Positions 17,807 through 28,026 of a stretch of 64,000 nt of DNA are shown here, one piece after another. Where the stretch lies: positions 96,001-160,000 of the forward strand of contig CAWJIE010000004.1 of NCBI GenBank assembly GCA_963842885.1, given 5' to 3'. Below the pieces are notes generated by a model, which saw only the letters and a program-made list of their open reading frames with translations, searched no databases and was not told the DNA's origin. The position numbers were made by a program, and so were the translations under genes. How positions within the stretch are numbered: the first letter of the stretch is position 1; each line of letters begins with the position of its first letter. The DNA is from an uncultured Nitrososphaerota archaeon (GTDB taxonomy: Archaea; Thermoproteota; Nitrososphaeria; Conexivisphaerales; DTJL01).

Positions 17807-18979
17807 TCATTTACTTCGGTCCAAGGGCTTGGACACTGCATGACCAGCCACAGTCAGGAGGACCAAGGGTAGGAGGGGAAGGGTCCCCACCAGGCCCCAG
17901 CCGAAGCTCCAGGAAATCGTCGAGGCGAGGGACAGCATGGGCGCCACCCACATGCCGATTAGCATGTGGAATGTGTTGACGAGGGCGAGGGTCGCGATGG
18001 GGTCGCCGTCGGGGAGGTCCACAAGGAAGGCGTACAACATGGAGATGCTTAAGTCGTTGAAGAACCCCATGATTATCAGCGAGATGACGATGGCGTCGAC
18101 TCTCCCAGTGCCAATCGCCGCCGCTGGGAGGATTGACGGCACCGCTGCCAGGGCTAGGAGGAGCCTCTTCCTCCTGAACCTGCCATAGAAGACTCCCATG
18201 AAGCTGCCGACGATGCTGGGGAAGAGCAAGAGCGAGGACTGGAGACCAGATATGGAAACGGAGGCTCCGAGGGCAATCTGCTCATACGACGGAAGGAGCT
18301 GGCCGACGGCGAAGTAGCATCCCCATACCCCTGCGTATGCCAGACCGGCCGCCAGCACCGTCCGGTTCCTCAGCACGGGACCGATGCCAGTCAGGCGGGG
18401 AGCTGGCACAAAGCGCTCATTCCTTGTCGCCACGAAGTTCAGGACGGCCATAACCACAGCCAGGAGGCCACCGATTTCGGTAGCCAGCTCCCATCCGAGA
18501 GCTTGATCCAGGACCCCCCACACCAGCCCCAAGCCTCCACCCATGGCGAAAGCGGCGTTGTACAGCCCCATGACGGCGCCGGGCTTGGAAGGGTAAAGGC
18601 TTGAAAGGACGCCCCCCGCTGATGCGAAGAACAGGGCCGCACCGACGCCGGAAATCATGCGAGTGGTGAAGAGCCAGAACGTGGAGACGCTCAGGGGGAG
18701 GAAGACGTTCCCCGCCGCGAGGAGGAGCAGCCCAATCACGTACGTCCTCGAGGGGCCGAGCCTCTGAGAGATGTACACCGAGGGAATCTGCGCAATCCCC
18801 GCTGCCCCGAAGAAGGCCACGGGTATCAATCCGAGCAAGCTGGTGGCAACGTGACCTTGAGAGGCTATCTGGGGGAGTGCAGGGGAGAGAAGGAACCATT
18901 GAAGGCTATATGTCAGTCTCCCTACGAGGATGAGGGAGGCTTTCATCTCCCTTCCCGAAGTCAGCTCCTTGGTCTCCAA
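17807..18979 (-). CDS. MFS transporter
   Basis: ~12 hydrophobic segments, RMISGVGAA, GLYNAAFAMGG. Confidence 0.88.
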   Translation of the reverse strand: METKELTSGREMKASLILVGRLTYSLQWFLLSPALPQIASQGHVATSLLGLIPVAFFGAAGIAQIPSVYISQRLGPSRTYVIGLLLLAAGNVFLPLSVSTFWLFTTRMISGVGAALFFASAGGVLSSLYPSKPGAVMGLYNAAFAMGGGLGLVWGVLDQALGWELATEIGGLLAVVMAVLNFVATRNERFVPAPRLTGIGPVLRNRTVLAAGLAYAGVWGCYFAVGQLLPSYEQIALGASVSISGLQSSLLLFPSIVGSFMGVFYGRFRRKRLLLALAAVPSILPAAAIGTGRVDAIVISLIIMGFFNDLSISMLYAFLVDLPDGDPIATLALVNTFHMLIGMWVAPMLSLASTISWSFGWGLVGTLPLLPLVLLTVAGHAVSKPLDRSK

Positions 18980-19078
18980 GTGAGTCTTGAAGCTCGGTCT
19001 ATTGGGCCGTATTTAAGGAACGTGCGCGGCAGAAGGCCTTTATCTGCAGCGGGTGGAAAGCCTTTGTTTGACCAGAGC

Positions 19079-19258
19079 GAGGGCTGCGATAATCGGCGCT
19101 GGGTCAGCGTTCCTAGGTCCCACGCCGTGGGGGACGGTGCGGGTCAGACCTGGGGGCCCGTCCCCACGTTAATCACGGGGCTGTTCGCCGGAAGGGGCAT
19201 AGCAGGGAAGCTAAGGCACACTTGAGCGCGTTGATGCCGATGCCCTAGCGACGGCCTC
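19079..19258 (+). ncRNA. ffs: Probable SRP (7S) RNA, apparently shortened
   Basis: Terminal pairing GAGGGCTG/CGGCCTC; helix-6-like GGGGACGG/CCGTCCCC; helix-8-like GCCGGAAGGGGCA; TATA-like TTTAT at ~19039; only ~180 nt. Confidence 0.5.
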
Positions 19259-19389
19259 AGACCGCGTCAAGGCTCGGGCAAAAAGCCGCCCGAGCGTGTC
19301 CGGCGCGACAAATATGCCATTCTCACTAAGCAATGCTTTATGTGTTGGCGAATCGGATGATATGCTGCGGCGAAGGTTGAAGGCTGAGC

Positions 19390-20604
19390 ATGAATCGTCT
19401 CTTCAACAATGAATCCATCAACCGTAATGTCGCGGTGCTAGGGATAACGTCCGCCGTAACCACGTTCTCCATCAGCCTTTGGCAGGGCTACCTTTCGGTC
19501 TTCCTGCAGGGGCGCTTCCCCAGCGTCCTGTTCATCGGAGGCTCGTTTTCAATCTATGGGCTGGTGACGGCCGTGGCATACCTGATCTCGGGCCCCCTGG
19601 GGGACAGCTATGGCAGGAAGAAGGTCATAGTCCTGAGCTCCTACATGCTGGGCCTGTCGCCTCTGCTCCTGTTGTTCCCCAACAACCTCATACTGATCGG
19701 GGCCCCGATGATCTTCTACTGGGCGCAGACCTCCCTGCAGCCCAACTACAGAGCCATGATCATGGACGCTGTGAGGCCAGCGTTCAGAGGAAGGGCATTC
19801 GGCATTTTCAACTCCCTAGCGGTCAGCATCTCGGCGGTCGCCCTCCTCCTTTCCGGCTTCACGATTTCGTTGACAAGCTCCTCAAACGAGAGCGCGTTCA
19901 CTGTCCATACGCTGGCGCCGCTGTTCCTCTTCAGCGGCATCTCCATCCTGGTCATCTCCGTGGTGAGGTCCATGCTCCTGACCGAGACCTTCGGCTCCGG
20001 TGCCACCGGGAGGGCCGGATTCAAGGCCAACGTGGCCAAGAACATCGAGCCCCTGAAGAGGAAGTCGCTCAGGCTTCCCACTGCGGCATACATGCTCCAT
20101 GATGCCGCGCTGAGCCTTGTGCTGTTTCTGGTCCCCATCTATGCGGTGAGGCAGACTTCGATGGCGCCGTGGCTCCTGGGAGGGATGTATGCAGCTCAGG
20201 CCCTCCTCCTCTTCCTCCTGCAAATCCCCTTCGGACGCTTCGCAGACCTGAGGGGAAGGACCTGGGTCATCGCGGCGAGCTTTCTTCTAGAGGCCATCTT
20301 CGCGACGGCCTTCGTCCTCGACCGCAACGCCATCTACGCCGCGCTGATGTATGTAATCTGGATGGGGCTGGGCCAGATGGACGCACCTGCCCAGGTGGCC
20401 TTGCTGGCCGACCTCTCCAGCATAGAGGAGAGGGCCACGGTCATGGGCGGCTTCGGGGGCCTGACCACCCTGGCGGCCATACCGGCCCCTCTCGTCGGCG
20501 GGATCCTCTACAGCATATACCTACCCAGTCCGTTCTACCTCTGCTCGGCTCTCCTCCTCGTTTCGACATCGGTGATATTCTACTACAGGATCAAGAATCG
20601 TTAG
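19390..20604 (+). CDS. MFS transporter
   Basis: Motif A GPLGDSYGRKKVI and GRFADLRGR; 12 TM pattern. Confidence 0.92.
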   Translation: MNRLFNNESINRNVAVLGITSAVTTFSISLWQGYLSVFLQGRFPSVLFIGGSFSIYGLVTAVAYLISGPLGDSYGRKKVIVLSSYMLGLSPLLLLFPNNLILIGAPMIFYWAQTSLQPNYRAMIMDAVRPAFRGRAFGIFNSLAVSISAVALLLSGFTISLTSSSNESAFTVHTLAPLFLFSGISILVISVVRSMLLTETFGSGATGRAGFKANVAKNIEPLKRKSLRLPTAAYMLHDAALSLVLFLVPIYAVRQTSMAPWLLGGMYAAQALLLFLLQIPFGRFADLRGRTWVIAASFLLEAIFATAFVLDRNAIYAALMYVIWMGLGQMDAPAQVALLADLSSIEERATVMGGFGGLTTLAAIPAPLVGGILYSIYLPSPFYLCSALLLVSTSVIFYYRIKNR

Positions 20605-21162
20605 CTAGCCGGAGCCGGCTGCGGTGGAGGCGGCTTCGCGCAGGTCGCTTGAGAGCGCCTCCAGCCACCGGGGCCTTCCGTGAAGGGCCACTGCGGGGTG
20701 ATAGGTTGCGAAGAGTGAGGCTCCTCTATAGCGACCGGCTGGGCCCCTCTGTATCCTACCCTTCCGTCCGGTTATGGCGGCGCATGCCACCCTGCCCAAC
20801 AGCACGATGACCCGGGGCCTGAGGGCGTCGACCTGCCTCTCCAGATATCGCCGGCAGGCATCAATTTCATCTCCTTCGGGCTCCCGGTTCTCGGGAGGCT
20901 TGCACTTCACGACGCTGGTGATGAAGACCTCCTCTCTCCTCAAGCCAGCCCCCGAAAGCGCCTTGTCCAGCATGCGACCGGCCGGTCCGACGAAGGGCCT
21001 TCCCGTCCTGTCCTCGATCCTCCCCGGTGCTTCGCCCAGTAGCATCATGGAGGCGCCGTCAGGTCCCTCGCCCGGCACTGCGATGGTCCTCCCCTTGCAG
21101 AGGCGGCACTTCTTGCAGGCGGAGACCTCCTTCGCTACGGCCAGGAGCTCACCCTTCGGCAT
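20605..21162 (-). CDS. udg: Uracil-DNA glycosylase, family 4
   Basis: CKKCRLC, GEAPG..ED..GRPFVG, KCKPPENR, TYHPA. Confidence 0.95.
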   Translation of the reverse strand: MPKGELLAVAKEVSACKKCRLCKGRTIAVPGEGPDGASMMLLGEAPGRIEDRTGRPFVGPAGRMLDKALSGAGLRREEVFITSVVKCKPPENREPEGDEIDACRRYLERQVDALRPRVIVLLGRVACAAITGRKGRIQRGPAGRYRGASLFATYHPAVALHGRPRWLEALSSDLREAASTAAGSG

Positions 21163-21538
21163 CCACGAGATCCCAGCTCAACGGGTTCCCGCGCGCGTCG
21201 TAGACGGCGATGCAATCAGGGCCGACGAAGGGGTAGGAAATAATCATCATCACCGAGCCGTAGACGTGGAGGAGGTCCTGCAGGGAAGGGTGGTTGGAGC
21301 CCGACGGATGCGAATGGGCCGTCCCTATGATCGAAGAGTCGATGGGGACCTGATAAGGGTTGAAAGTGGAGGCTGCACGGCCCCCCATCATGAAAGGGGC
21401 GAATACTACCTCGTGGATGAGGATGACCTCCTTGGACTTCCTGGCGCGCAGGAGGACCAGCATTTCGTTGGGGTACTGGTCCTTGGAGAATGCCAGGAGT
21501 GACTCGGCCAGCTCCTTCGTCAGCTGTATGCGCGCCAC
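21149..21538 (-). CDS. JAMM/MPN+ metalloprotease
   Basis: E...HSHP..SNHPSLQDL JAMM motif. Confidence 0.9.
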   Translation of the reverse strand: MARIQLTKELAESLLAFSKDQYPNEMLVLLRARKSKEVILIHEVVFAPFMMGGRAASTFNPYQVPIDSSIIGTAHSHPSGSNHPSLQDLLHVYGSVMMIISYPFVGPDCIAVYDARGNPLSWDLVDAEG

Positions 21539-22140
21539 TACGTCGTTATCCCCATCATCTTGTAAGCTTCGGCGAGATTGGCCTTGGCCTTGGACCTCAC
21601 TTCGTCGTAGTAGTTGCGCCCCTCGGAGTCGATGATGACGGTGAGAGGTCCGAAGTCCTCCACCTCAAGGATCCAGAGAGCCTCGGGGGACCCCAAATCC
21701 AGCCATTCGACTCCCTTCACCTTTCTGATGGACTTGGCAGCCAGGGCGCCAGCACCGCCCGTGAATATCGTGTATGCCGTCCCCAGCTTCCTGCAGGCTT
21801 CGGCCGTCTTGGCGCCCATTCCCCCCTTGCCGATGACGAGCTTGGCGCCGGTCTTCTCGAGGAACTCGGCTTCGTACGTCTCGATCCTGGCCGAGGTCGT
21901 AGGGCCGGCGGAGATCACCTCCCACCCGTCGCCCACCTTGCGGACGACGGGGCCCATGTGATAGACTGCGAGGCCATGGAAGTCCACTGGGATCTTCTCT
22001 CCCCTGTTGAGGAGCTCGAGGGCACGCCTGTGAGCCGCGTCCCTCGCCGTGATGATGGTGCCGGTGACGTAGACGATGTCGCCGGTGCGCAGCTTCCTGG
22101 TTTCGTCGCCTAGGGGGGTCGTGAACCTGTACTCCGCCAA
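21538..22140 (-). CDS. Class I fumarate hydratase / tartrate dehydratase beta subunit
   Basis: TARDAAH, GPTTSAR, IGKGGM, DFGPLTV. Confidence 0.92.
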   Translation of the reverse strand: MAEYRFTTPLGDETRKLRTGDIVYVTGTIITARDAAHRRALELLNRGEKIPVDFHGLAVYHMGPVVRKVGDGWEVISAGPTTSARIETYEAEFLEKTGAKLVIGKGGMGAKTAEACRKLGTAYTIFTGGAGALAAKSIRKVKGVEWLDLGSPEALWILEVEDFGPLTVIIDSEGRNYYDEVRSKAKANLAEAYKMMGITT

Positions 22141-22141
22141 C

Positions 22142-23050
22142 TCAGACGCCTCCTTTGTTGAGGAATTGATGGGTAAGGAACTCCACCTTCCCTCCGGGAT
22201 GGATCCTCATCGTGCTCCTCCTGTCCTCCCAGCAGGCTGTGGCGACGCCTACCGCGAACGAAGCAGGATGGCGGTTGACCGCGTCGATGTGAACGTCGAG
22301 GGCTGTAGAGAACCCTCCCACGCCGTGAGGACCCCAGCCCAGCTTGTTGATCGCCTCCAACAGGGAGGTCTCGATCTTCGAAAACTCGGGGTCGGAGTTG
22401 CGTTGTCCGACTTCGCGCTGGAGGGACTTCTTTGCGAGCTTCATGGCGATGTCCGCCGTGGGCCCAAGGCCGATTCCGACTATTACGGGCGGACAGGGCT
22501 TGGGTCCCTGTTCGAAGATGTCGTCCAGTACCATCTTGAAGACCCCCTTCATTCCTTCGGCCGGGGGTATGACCTTGGCCATGCTGGGGGATTCGCTGCC
22601 GCCGCCCTTGAGAACCACGGTCACGTCGGCAGTCGAGGAGCCCGGGACTATCTCCCATTCTATCCACGGGATCCTGTCAGCGGTGTTGTTCCCCGAGTTC
22701 TTGCCGGTGAGGATGTTCACGGAGTTGGGCCTCAGTGGAGCCTCGGCGGTGGCCCTGATTGTAGCGGTCCTCAGCGCGCTCTCGAGTACTCCAAGGTGAG
22801 GGAACTGGTCCCCCGCCTTGATGTAGAAGATGACGGTGCCCGTGTCCTGGCATGAAGGCCTGCTTTCCGCTTCGGCGATGTCCAAGTTCTTCAGCATCGA
22901 CGCGATGACCTTCTTCGGCAGCTCGGAGACCTCGTCGTCCTGGGCCTTCTTCAGGGCCGCCTTGACGTCGGCGGGGAGATATATGGCCGCCGTAGTGATG
23001 AGTGTTGCTGCGGCGCCCGAGATCTGTTCTTCGACGCTCTGCTGGCTCAT
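22142..23050 (-). CDS. Class I fumarate hydratase / tartrate dehydratase alpha subunit
   Basis: CQDTG, KGGGSE, PCPP, GPHGVGG, ACW. Confidence 0.92.
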   Translation of the reverse strand: MSQQSVEEQISGAAATLITTAAIYLPADVKAALKKAQDDEVSELPKKVIASMLKNLDIAEAESRPSCQDTGTVIFYIKAGDQFPHLGVLESALRTATIRATAEAPLRPNSVNILTGKNSGNNTADRIPWIEWEIVPGSSTADVTVVLKGGGSESPSMAKVIPPAEGMKGVFKMVLDDIFEQGPKPCPPVIVGIGLGPTADIAMKLAKKSLQREVGQRNSDPEFSKIETSLLEAINKLGWGPHGVGGFSTALDVHIDAVNRHPASFAVGVATACWEDRRSTMRIHPGGKVEFLTHQFLNKGGV

Positions 23051-23295
23051 GATGTCGTCGGATGCGAGTCAGTCGGATATATCAGTTGCTCGCTGAGGAT
23101 CCCGTGAGCAGATTCGCTCGCGCATATGGCCGAAACCGAACTCTGGGGCCTGAATGTCAATGAGTTCGCAATTAGCAATCGTCCAGCCCAGGGCATGATA
23201 TGGTTCGGCGGCCTCGGAAGCTCGAACAGACAGAAAAATTAAATAGAGGTCTCTTCAACGCATTCCGCAATAGTACCTGTTTTAGGGTGAGTTTG

Positions 23296-24918
23296 ATGAC
23301 ATACCAATCCGGTGGGCAACCCGTAATAGTGTTGAAGGAAGGGGCCTCTGAGACGAAGGGAAGGGAGGCCCTCAGGAACAACATCAACGCCGCCAAGCTG
23401 ATCTCCGAGATAGTGGAGTCCTCTCTCGGGCCGAGGGGCATGGACAAGATGCTCGTCGACTCCTTGGGGGACGTAACCATCACGAACGACGGCGCTACCA
23501 TGTTGAAGCAGCTCGACGTCCAGCATCCTGGCGCCAAGATGATGGTCGAGATCGCCAAGGCGACGGACAGCGAAGTGGGGGACGGCACGACCAGCGCGGT
23601 CATTCTGGCTGGCTCGCTCCTCGAGAAGGCCGAAGAGCTTCTCGATAAGGACGTCCATCCCACCATCATCGTTGACGGCTACACCCTGGCTTCGGAGAAG
23701 GCGCTGGACGTCCTGGCCAAGATCGCCATCAAGGTGGACCCGACCAACAAGGAGTGGCTCGTCAAGATATCCAAGACGAGCCTGGCTTCGAAGCTGGTGT
23801 CTCAAGAGAGCACAGAGCTGTCGAACATCGTAGTGGACGCCGTCCTCCATGTGGTGGACAAGTCCGGAGAGAAGCTGAAGGTGGACATCGACAACGTCAA
23901 GGTGGAGAAGAAGCCTGGGAGGTCCCTCAGCGACACCTCTCTCATCAACGGAATCATCATAGACAAGGAGATCGTCCACGCTGGCATGCCGAAGAAGGTG
24001 GAGGGGGCGAAGATCGTGCTGCTCAACTCGCCTCTCGAGATCGAGAAGACTGAGATGAGCGCCGAAATCAGGATATCCGACCCCACCCAGATGAAGTCCT
24101 TCCTAGACGAAGAGGCAAGTATGCTGAAGGGGATGGTGGACAAGGTCACCGAGATCGGTGCTAACGTGGTATTCGTCCAGAAGGGCATCGACGACATAGC
24201 CCAGCATTATCTCGCCAAGGCTGGCATAGTGGCGGTCCGACGCGTGAAGGAGAGCGACATGACTCGCCTCGCCAAGGCGACGGGCGGAAGGCTCGTCACC
24301 AACCTGAGCGACATGACCCGCGACGACCTGGGCCACGCCGCGCTGGTGGAGGAGAGGAAGATAGAGCAGGACAAATGGGTCTTCGTCGAAGGCTGCAAGA
24401 ACCCCAAGGCCGTCAGCATCCTCCTGAGAGGAGGCTCCCAGAGGGTTGTGGACGAAGGTGAAAGGGCCGTTCACGATGCGATCATGGTGGTCAAGGACGT
24501 GATAGAGAAGCCCACCGTCGTATGCGGAGGAGGGGCCCCGGAGGCCGAAATCGCCCATCGCATAAGGGAGTGGACCCACACGCTGTCGGGAAGGGAGCAG
24601 TTGGCAGCGCAGGCCTTCGCCGACGCCTTGGAGGTCATCCCGCTGACCTTAGCGTCGAACGCGGGCATGGACCCCATCGACACGCAGGTGGACCTTCGTG
24701 CGGCGCACTCGAAGGACAAGACCTGGGCCGGGATCAACGTATCCGACGGCAAGGTCGGCGACATGGAGAAGGAGCAGGTCTTCGAGCCTGCGGTGGTGAA
24801 GTCCCAGATCATAAAGTCGGCGACTGAGGCCGCCGTGATGATCCTGAGAATCGACGACGTGATCGCTTCGAAGGGAATGGGTAAAGAGGGCGGAGCCCCG
24901 CCGCCCGGCGGAATGTAA
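23296..24918 (+). CDS. ths: Thermosome (group II chaperonin) subunit
   Basis: LGPRGMDKML, ITNDGAT, GDGTTS, ILRIDD; TATA AAATTAAATA at ~23237. Confidence 0.97.
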   Translation: MTYQSGGQPVIVLKEGASETKGREALRNNINAAKLISEIVESSLGPRGMDKMLVDSLGDVTITNDGATMLKQLDVQHPGAKMMVEIAKATDSEVGDGTTSAVILAGSLLEKAEELLDKDVHPTIIVDGYTLASEKALDVLAKIAIKVDPTNKEWLVKISKTSLASKLVSQESTELSNIVVDAVLHVVDKSGEKLKVDIDNVKVEKKPGRSLSDTSLINGIIIDKEIVHAGMPKKVEGAKIVLLNSPLEIEKTEMSAEIRISDPTQMKSFLDEEASMLKGMVDKVTEIGANVVFVQKGIDDIAQHYLAKAGIVAVRRVKESDMTRLAKATGGRLVTNLSDMTRDDLGHAALVEERKIEQDKWVFVEGCKNPKAVSILLRGGSQRVVDEGERAVHDAIMVVKDVIEKPTVVCGGGAPEAEIAHRIREWTHTLSGREQLAAQAFADALEVIPLTLASNAGMDPIDTQVDLRAAHSKDKTWAGINVSDGKVGDMEKEQVFEPAVVKSQIIKSATEAAVMILRIDDVIASKGMGKEGGAPPPGGM

Positions 24919-25002
24919 GAAGGTTCCATTTACGTTTCTCTTGATTTGAAAGCCCAGCGCAAGCTGGGCTGAAGGTCAGAGAGAAGGAGGATGCGTCCAC
25001 GT

Positions 25003-25338
25003 TCAGGCGAGGATCTGATCTATCTTCGATTTCAGGGGGCCCTTGGGCATGGCCCCGACGATCCTGTCGGCCAGCTTACCATCCCGGAAGACGAGCAGCG
25101 TGGGTATGGCCATGACGTCGAAGGCCTCGGCGGTGGCGGGGTTCTCGTCGACGTTGAGCTTGCCGAAGACGACCTTCCCCTTGTACTCTGAGGCGAGCTC
25201 CTCCACTATGGGGCCCACCATTTTGCAGGGATAGCACCATTCGGCCCAGAGGTCCACCACGAGGGCTGGATGGCTCTGGATGGCGCTCTTGAAATCGCCG
25301 TCGTTAAGGACGATCGGCTTACCTGAAGTTTCTTCCAA
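25003..25338 (-). CDS. trxA: Thioredoxin
   Basis: WAEWCYPC, KLNVDENP, IPTL. Confidence 0.93.
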   Translation of the reverse strand: MEETSGKPIVLNDGDFKSAIQSHPALVVDLWAEWCYPCKMVGPIVEELASEYKGKVVFGKLNVDENPATAEAFDVMAIPTLLVFRDGKLADRIVGAMPKGPLKSKIDQILA

Positions 25339-25454
25339 ACTTGGGAGTCACCAGGGTCAAAACCGATCGCCGCCTCCCAGACTCTTAACGGTTCCTCATT
25401 TAACGCCGCCGGTGGGGAGGCTTGAAAGAGAAAGGCCGTTCCCGATGGAGAGGC

Positions 25455-26429
25455 CTACTGGGGCCGGGGGGCCCTGGCCCTCATGGCCTGTAGAATTCTG
25501 ATCCTCTTCACGATGTTGGGGTGCGTCGAGAAGATCTCGAACACCTTCTCTCCAGTTGAAATCCTCCTGTTGGCCACCTGCTCGATGAGCTGTTCGTCGC
25601 TGTAGCGGTACTGGGTGCTGGCCTTCTGGGTCGTGTCAGGGTCGATGATCAGTAGGGCCTTGAAGCCCATGGTCTGGGAGGGGCGACCCTTCTGGGACAT
25701 TCCGCGTCTCCCATAGAGGTCGAGCTTCGCCAGGGCCGAAGACAGCTTCTCCGCGCCGTCTTCGACGACCTGGGCGCCGTGCCTGTCCGCGTACAGCTCC
25801 CTTTCGCGGCTGAGGCCCATCACGAGGAGGTTCAATATGAAGTAGGCTACCATGGCCAAGGCCCCGATGGCGGCGGCCGAAGCGCCGCTGTTCTTGGAAT
25901 TCCCGACAGAGCCGCCGAAAAATAGCGAAAAGCCGAGGTAGTAGAAGATGGCCGGAAGGACCGAGACGAACATCATTATCTGAACGTCCCTGTGCCTGAG
26001 ATGTCCCAGCTCGTGTCCCAGGACGGCCTCCACCTCCCCGGGCTCCAGCGTGCTTAGGAGGCCCTGGGTGACGCAGACCCTGCTCCCCGTAAGGGGCGAG
26101 CCATAGGCGAAGGCGTTGGGCGCCGGCATAGGCGAAAGCATGAGCCTGGGGACCTTGAGGCCGGCCTTCTGGGCTATCCTTTCCAGCATCCCGTGGATCG
26201 CCGTCTGCTGGTTGGTTGGCACCTCCTTCACATGGTACATGGCGCCGACCAGGTACGGCCCCACGAGCCATTGGATCAGGCTGAAGGCGACGACGAGTAC
26301 CAGCATCGTGATGATGTCGAAGGCGCCCAGGTACGACAGCACTATGGCAAGGAATAGTGTCGAAGCTCCGATGACCAGGGTCAGCGTCCCCAGCATCGTA
26401 AGCCTGAGCCTCCAAAGGCTGTAGTCCAC
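25455..26429 (-). CDS. htpX: Zinc metalloprotease HtpX (M48)
   Basis: PNAFAYG, HELGH, SRERELYAD, FSTHP. Confidence 0.95.
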   Translation of the reverse strand: MDYSLWRLRLTMLGTLTLVIGASTLFLAIVLSYLGAFDIITMLVLVVAFSLIQWLVGPYLVGAMYHVKEVPTNQQTAIHGMLERIAQKAGLKVPRLMLSPMPAPNAFAYGSPLTGSRVCVTQGLLSTLEPGEVEAVLGHELGHLRHRDVQIMMFVSVLPAIFYYLGFSLFFGGSVGNSKNSGASAAAIGALAMVAYFILNLLVMGLSRERELYADRHGAQVVEDGAEKLSSALAKLDLYGRRGMSQKGRPSQTMGFKALLIIDPDTTQKASTQYRYSDEQLIEQVANRRISTGEKVFEIFSTHPNIVKRIRILQAMRARAPRPQ

Positions 26430-26618
26430 CTGTATCACTCTCCTGAACGACCGAGATAATGAGTGATTTAAAGTTAGTGCATAAGCAGGCTTCATGCGAG
26501 GCGGCCGGGACGAGGGGATGGCCGACCTGGGGGCGTCCCCTCTCAGGCAGAGGGGAAGGCGCATCGAGCGCCTAGTTTAAGAGAACCACGGGAAGGAAGA
26601 GGTCAGAGCGAAGCATCT

Positions 26619-28022
26619 TTGACAGAGCAATTCAGGGTAGAGAAGGATTATCTGGGTCCGGTTAACGTTCCTTCTGACGCGTACTACGGGGTCCAGACTG
26701 CGAGGGCCATGGACAACTTCAAGATCAGCGGACTGAGGGCCCACCCTCTCTTCATCAAGAGTTCAGCTCTGGTGAAATGGGCGGCTGCGGTGGGGAACAT
26801 CAAGGCGGGGACGCTGGACAGGCAGAAGGGTGACGCCATCTGCAGGGCCGCCGAAGAGGTGTATTCGGGGAAGCTCCTCGATCAATTTGTCGTGGATGTC
26901 TTCCAGGCGGGTGCGGGTACCTCCCATAACATGAACGTCAACGAGGTGATCGCCAACAGGGCCATTGAACTCCTGGGAGGGCAGAAGGGACAGTACTCTC
27001 TGGTGCACCCCAACGACGACGTCAACATGGGACAGTCCACCAACGATTTCATCCCCACCGTCATCAGGGTCACGACCCTCCTCCTGCTGAAGGGTCTTTT
27101 TGAAGAATTGGATTCGCTCACGCTGGCCCTGGGTGACCTGGCCACGAAGTACGGTTCGGTCGTCAAGCCCGGCCGGACCCATCTGATGGACGCCGCCCCC
27201 ATCAGGTACGGACAGGTCTTCGAAGGCTGGAGGAGGACGTTGTCCAAAGACGGAGATAGGCTTCGAAAGGCATCTGACATGCTCACCGAGCTGAACCTTG
27301 GTGCGTCGGCGGTCGGCACGGGGGTGAACGCCGAGCCAAAGTACGTCGACGAGGCGCTGCGCTTCCTTTCTATGAAGACGGAGTTCCAGTTCAGAAGCCC
27401 GGCCTCCTTCGTCGACGTAACGCATTCGATGACTGACCTCCTATGGATGTCCTCTTCCTTGAAGGCCCTGGCTGTGGATGTTTCGAAGATCTGCAACGAC
27501 CTTCGCCTTATGAACTCGGGGCCGGTGACCGGCTTTGGCGAAGTGACCCTTCCAGCCGTACAGCCTGGCTCCTCCATAATGCCCGGCAAGGTGAACCCGG
27601 TCATCGCGGAATGCATGAACATGATATGTTTCCATGTCATGGGAAGCGAGAGGGCGGTGGAGGAGGCGGCTCACGCAGGGCAGATGGAGCTCAACGTCAT
27701 GATGCCGCTGATAGCCTACGAGCTGAGCATGTCAATGGAGATAATGAAGAACGGCCTGAGGATGCTCAGGGAGAAGCTGCTCACGGGGCTCGTCATCGAC
27801 GTCGCCAGGGAGAGGCGTTACCTTGAAACCAGCTCTGGAATCGCCTTGGCCCTCAACCCCTACCTTGGCTTCGACAGGACGGCCGAGATAGTGAAGGAGG
27901 CCATGAAACGGGGGATCTCCGTGCGGCAGGTGATCAGCGAAAAGAAGTTGATGACTGAGGAGGAGCTCGACAAGGTCTTGGACCCCTACAGGATAACCCA
28001 GAGAGGGGTCGTCAAGGACTAG
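26619..28022 (+). CDS. aspA: Aspartate ammonia-lyase / class II fumarase family
   Basis: YYGVQTARA, GAGTSHNMNVNEV, QSTND, GRTHLMDA, GSSIMPGKVNP. Confidence 0.85.
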   Translation: MTEQFRVEKDYLGPVNVPSDAYYGVQTARAMDNFKISGLRAHPLFIKSSALVKWAAAVGNIKAGTLDRQKGDAICRAAEEVYSGKLLDQFVVDVFQAGAGTSHNMNVNEVIANRAIELLGGQKGQYSLVHPNDDVNMGQSTNDFIPTVIRVTTLLLLKGLFEELDSLTLALGDLATKYGSVVKPGRTHLMDAAPIRYGQVFEGWRRTLSKDGDRLRKASDMLTELNLGASAVGTGVNAEPKYVDEALRFLSMKTEFQFRSPASFVDVTHSMTDLLWMSSSLKALAVDVSKICNDLRLMNSGPVTGFGEVTLPAVQPGSSIMPGKVNPVIAECMNMICFHVMGSERAVEEAAHAGQMELNVMMPLIAYELSMSMEIMKNGLRMLREKLLTGLVIDVARERRYLETSSGIALALNPYLGFDRTAEIVKEAMKRGISVRQVISEKKLMTEEELDKVLDPYRITQRGVVKD

Positions 28023-28026
28023 AAGC

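Noticed and set aside
23093-23153. TGAGGA...CTGA as a box C/D sRNA upstream of the thermosome gene
   Set aside because: C box is degenerate, and no clear C'/D' boxes or target were found.
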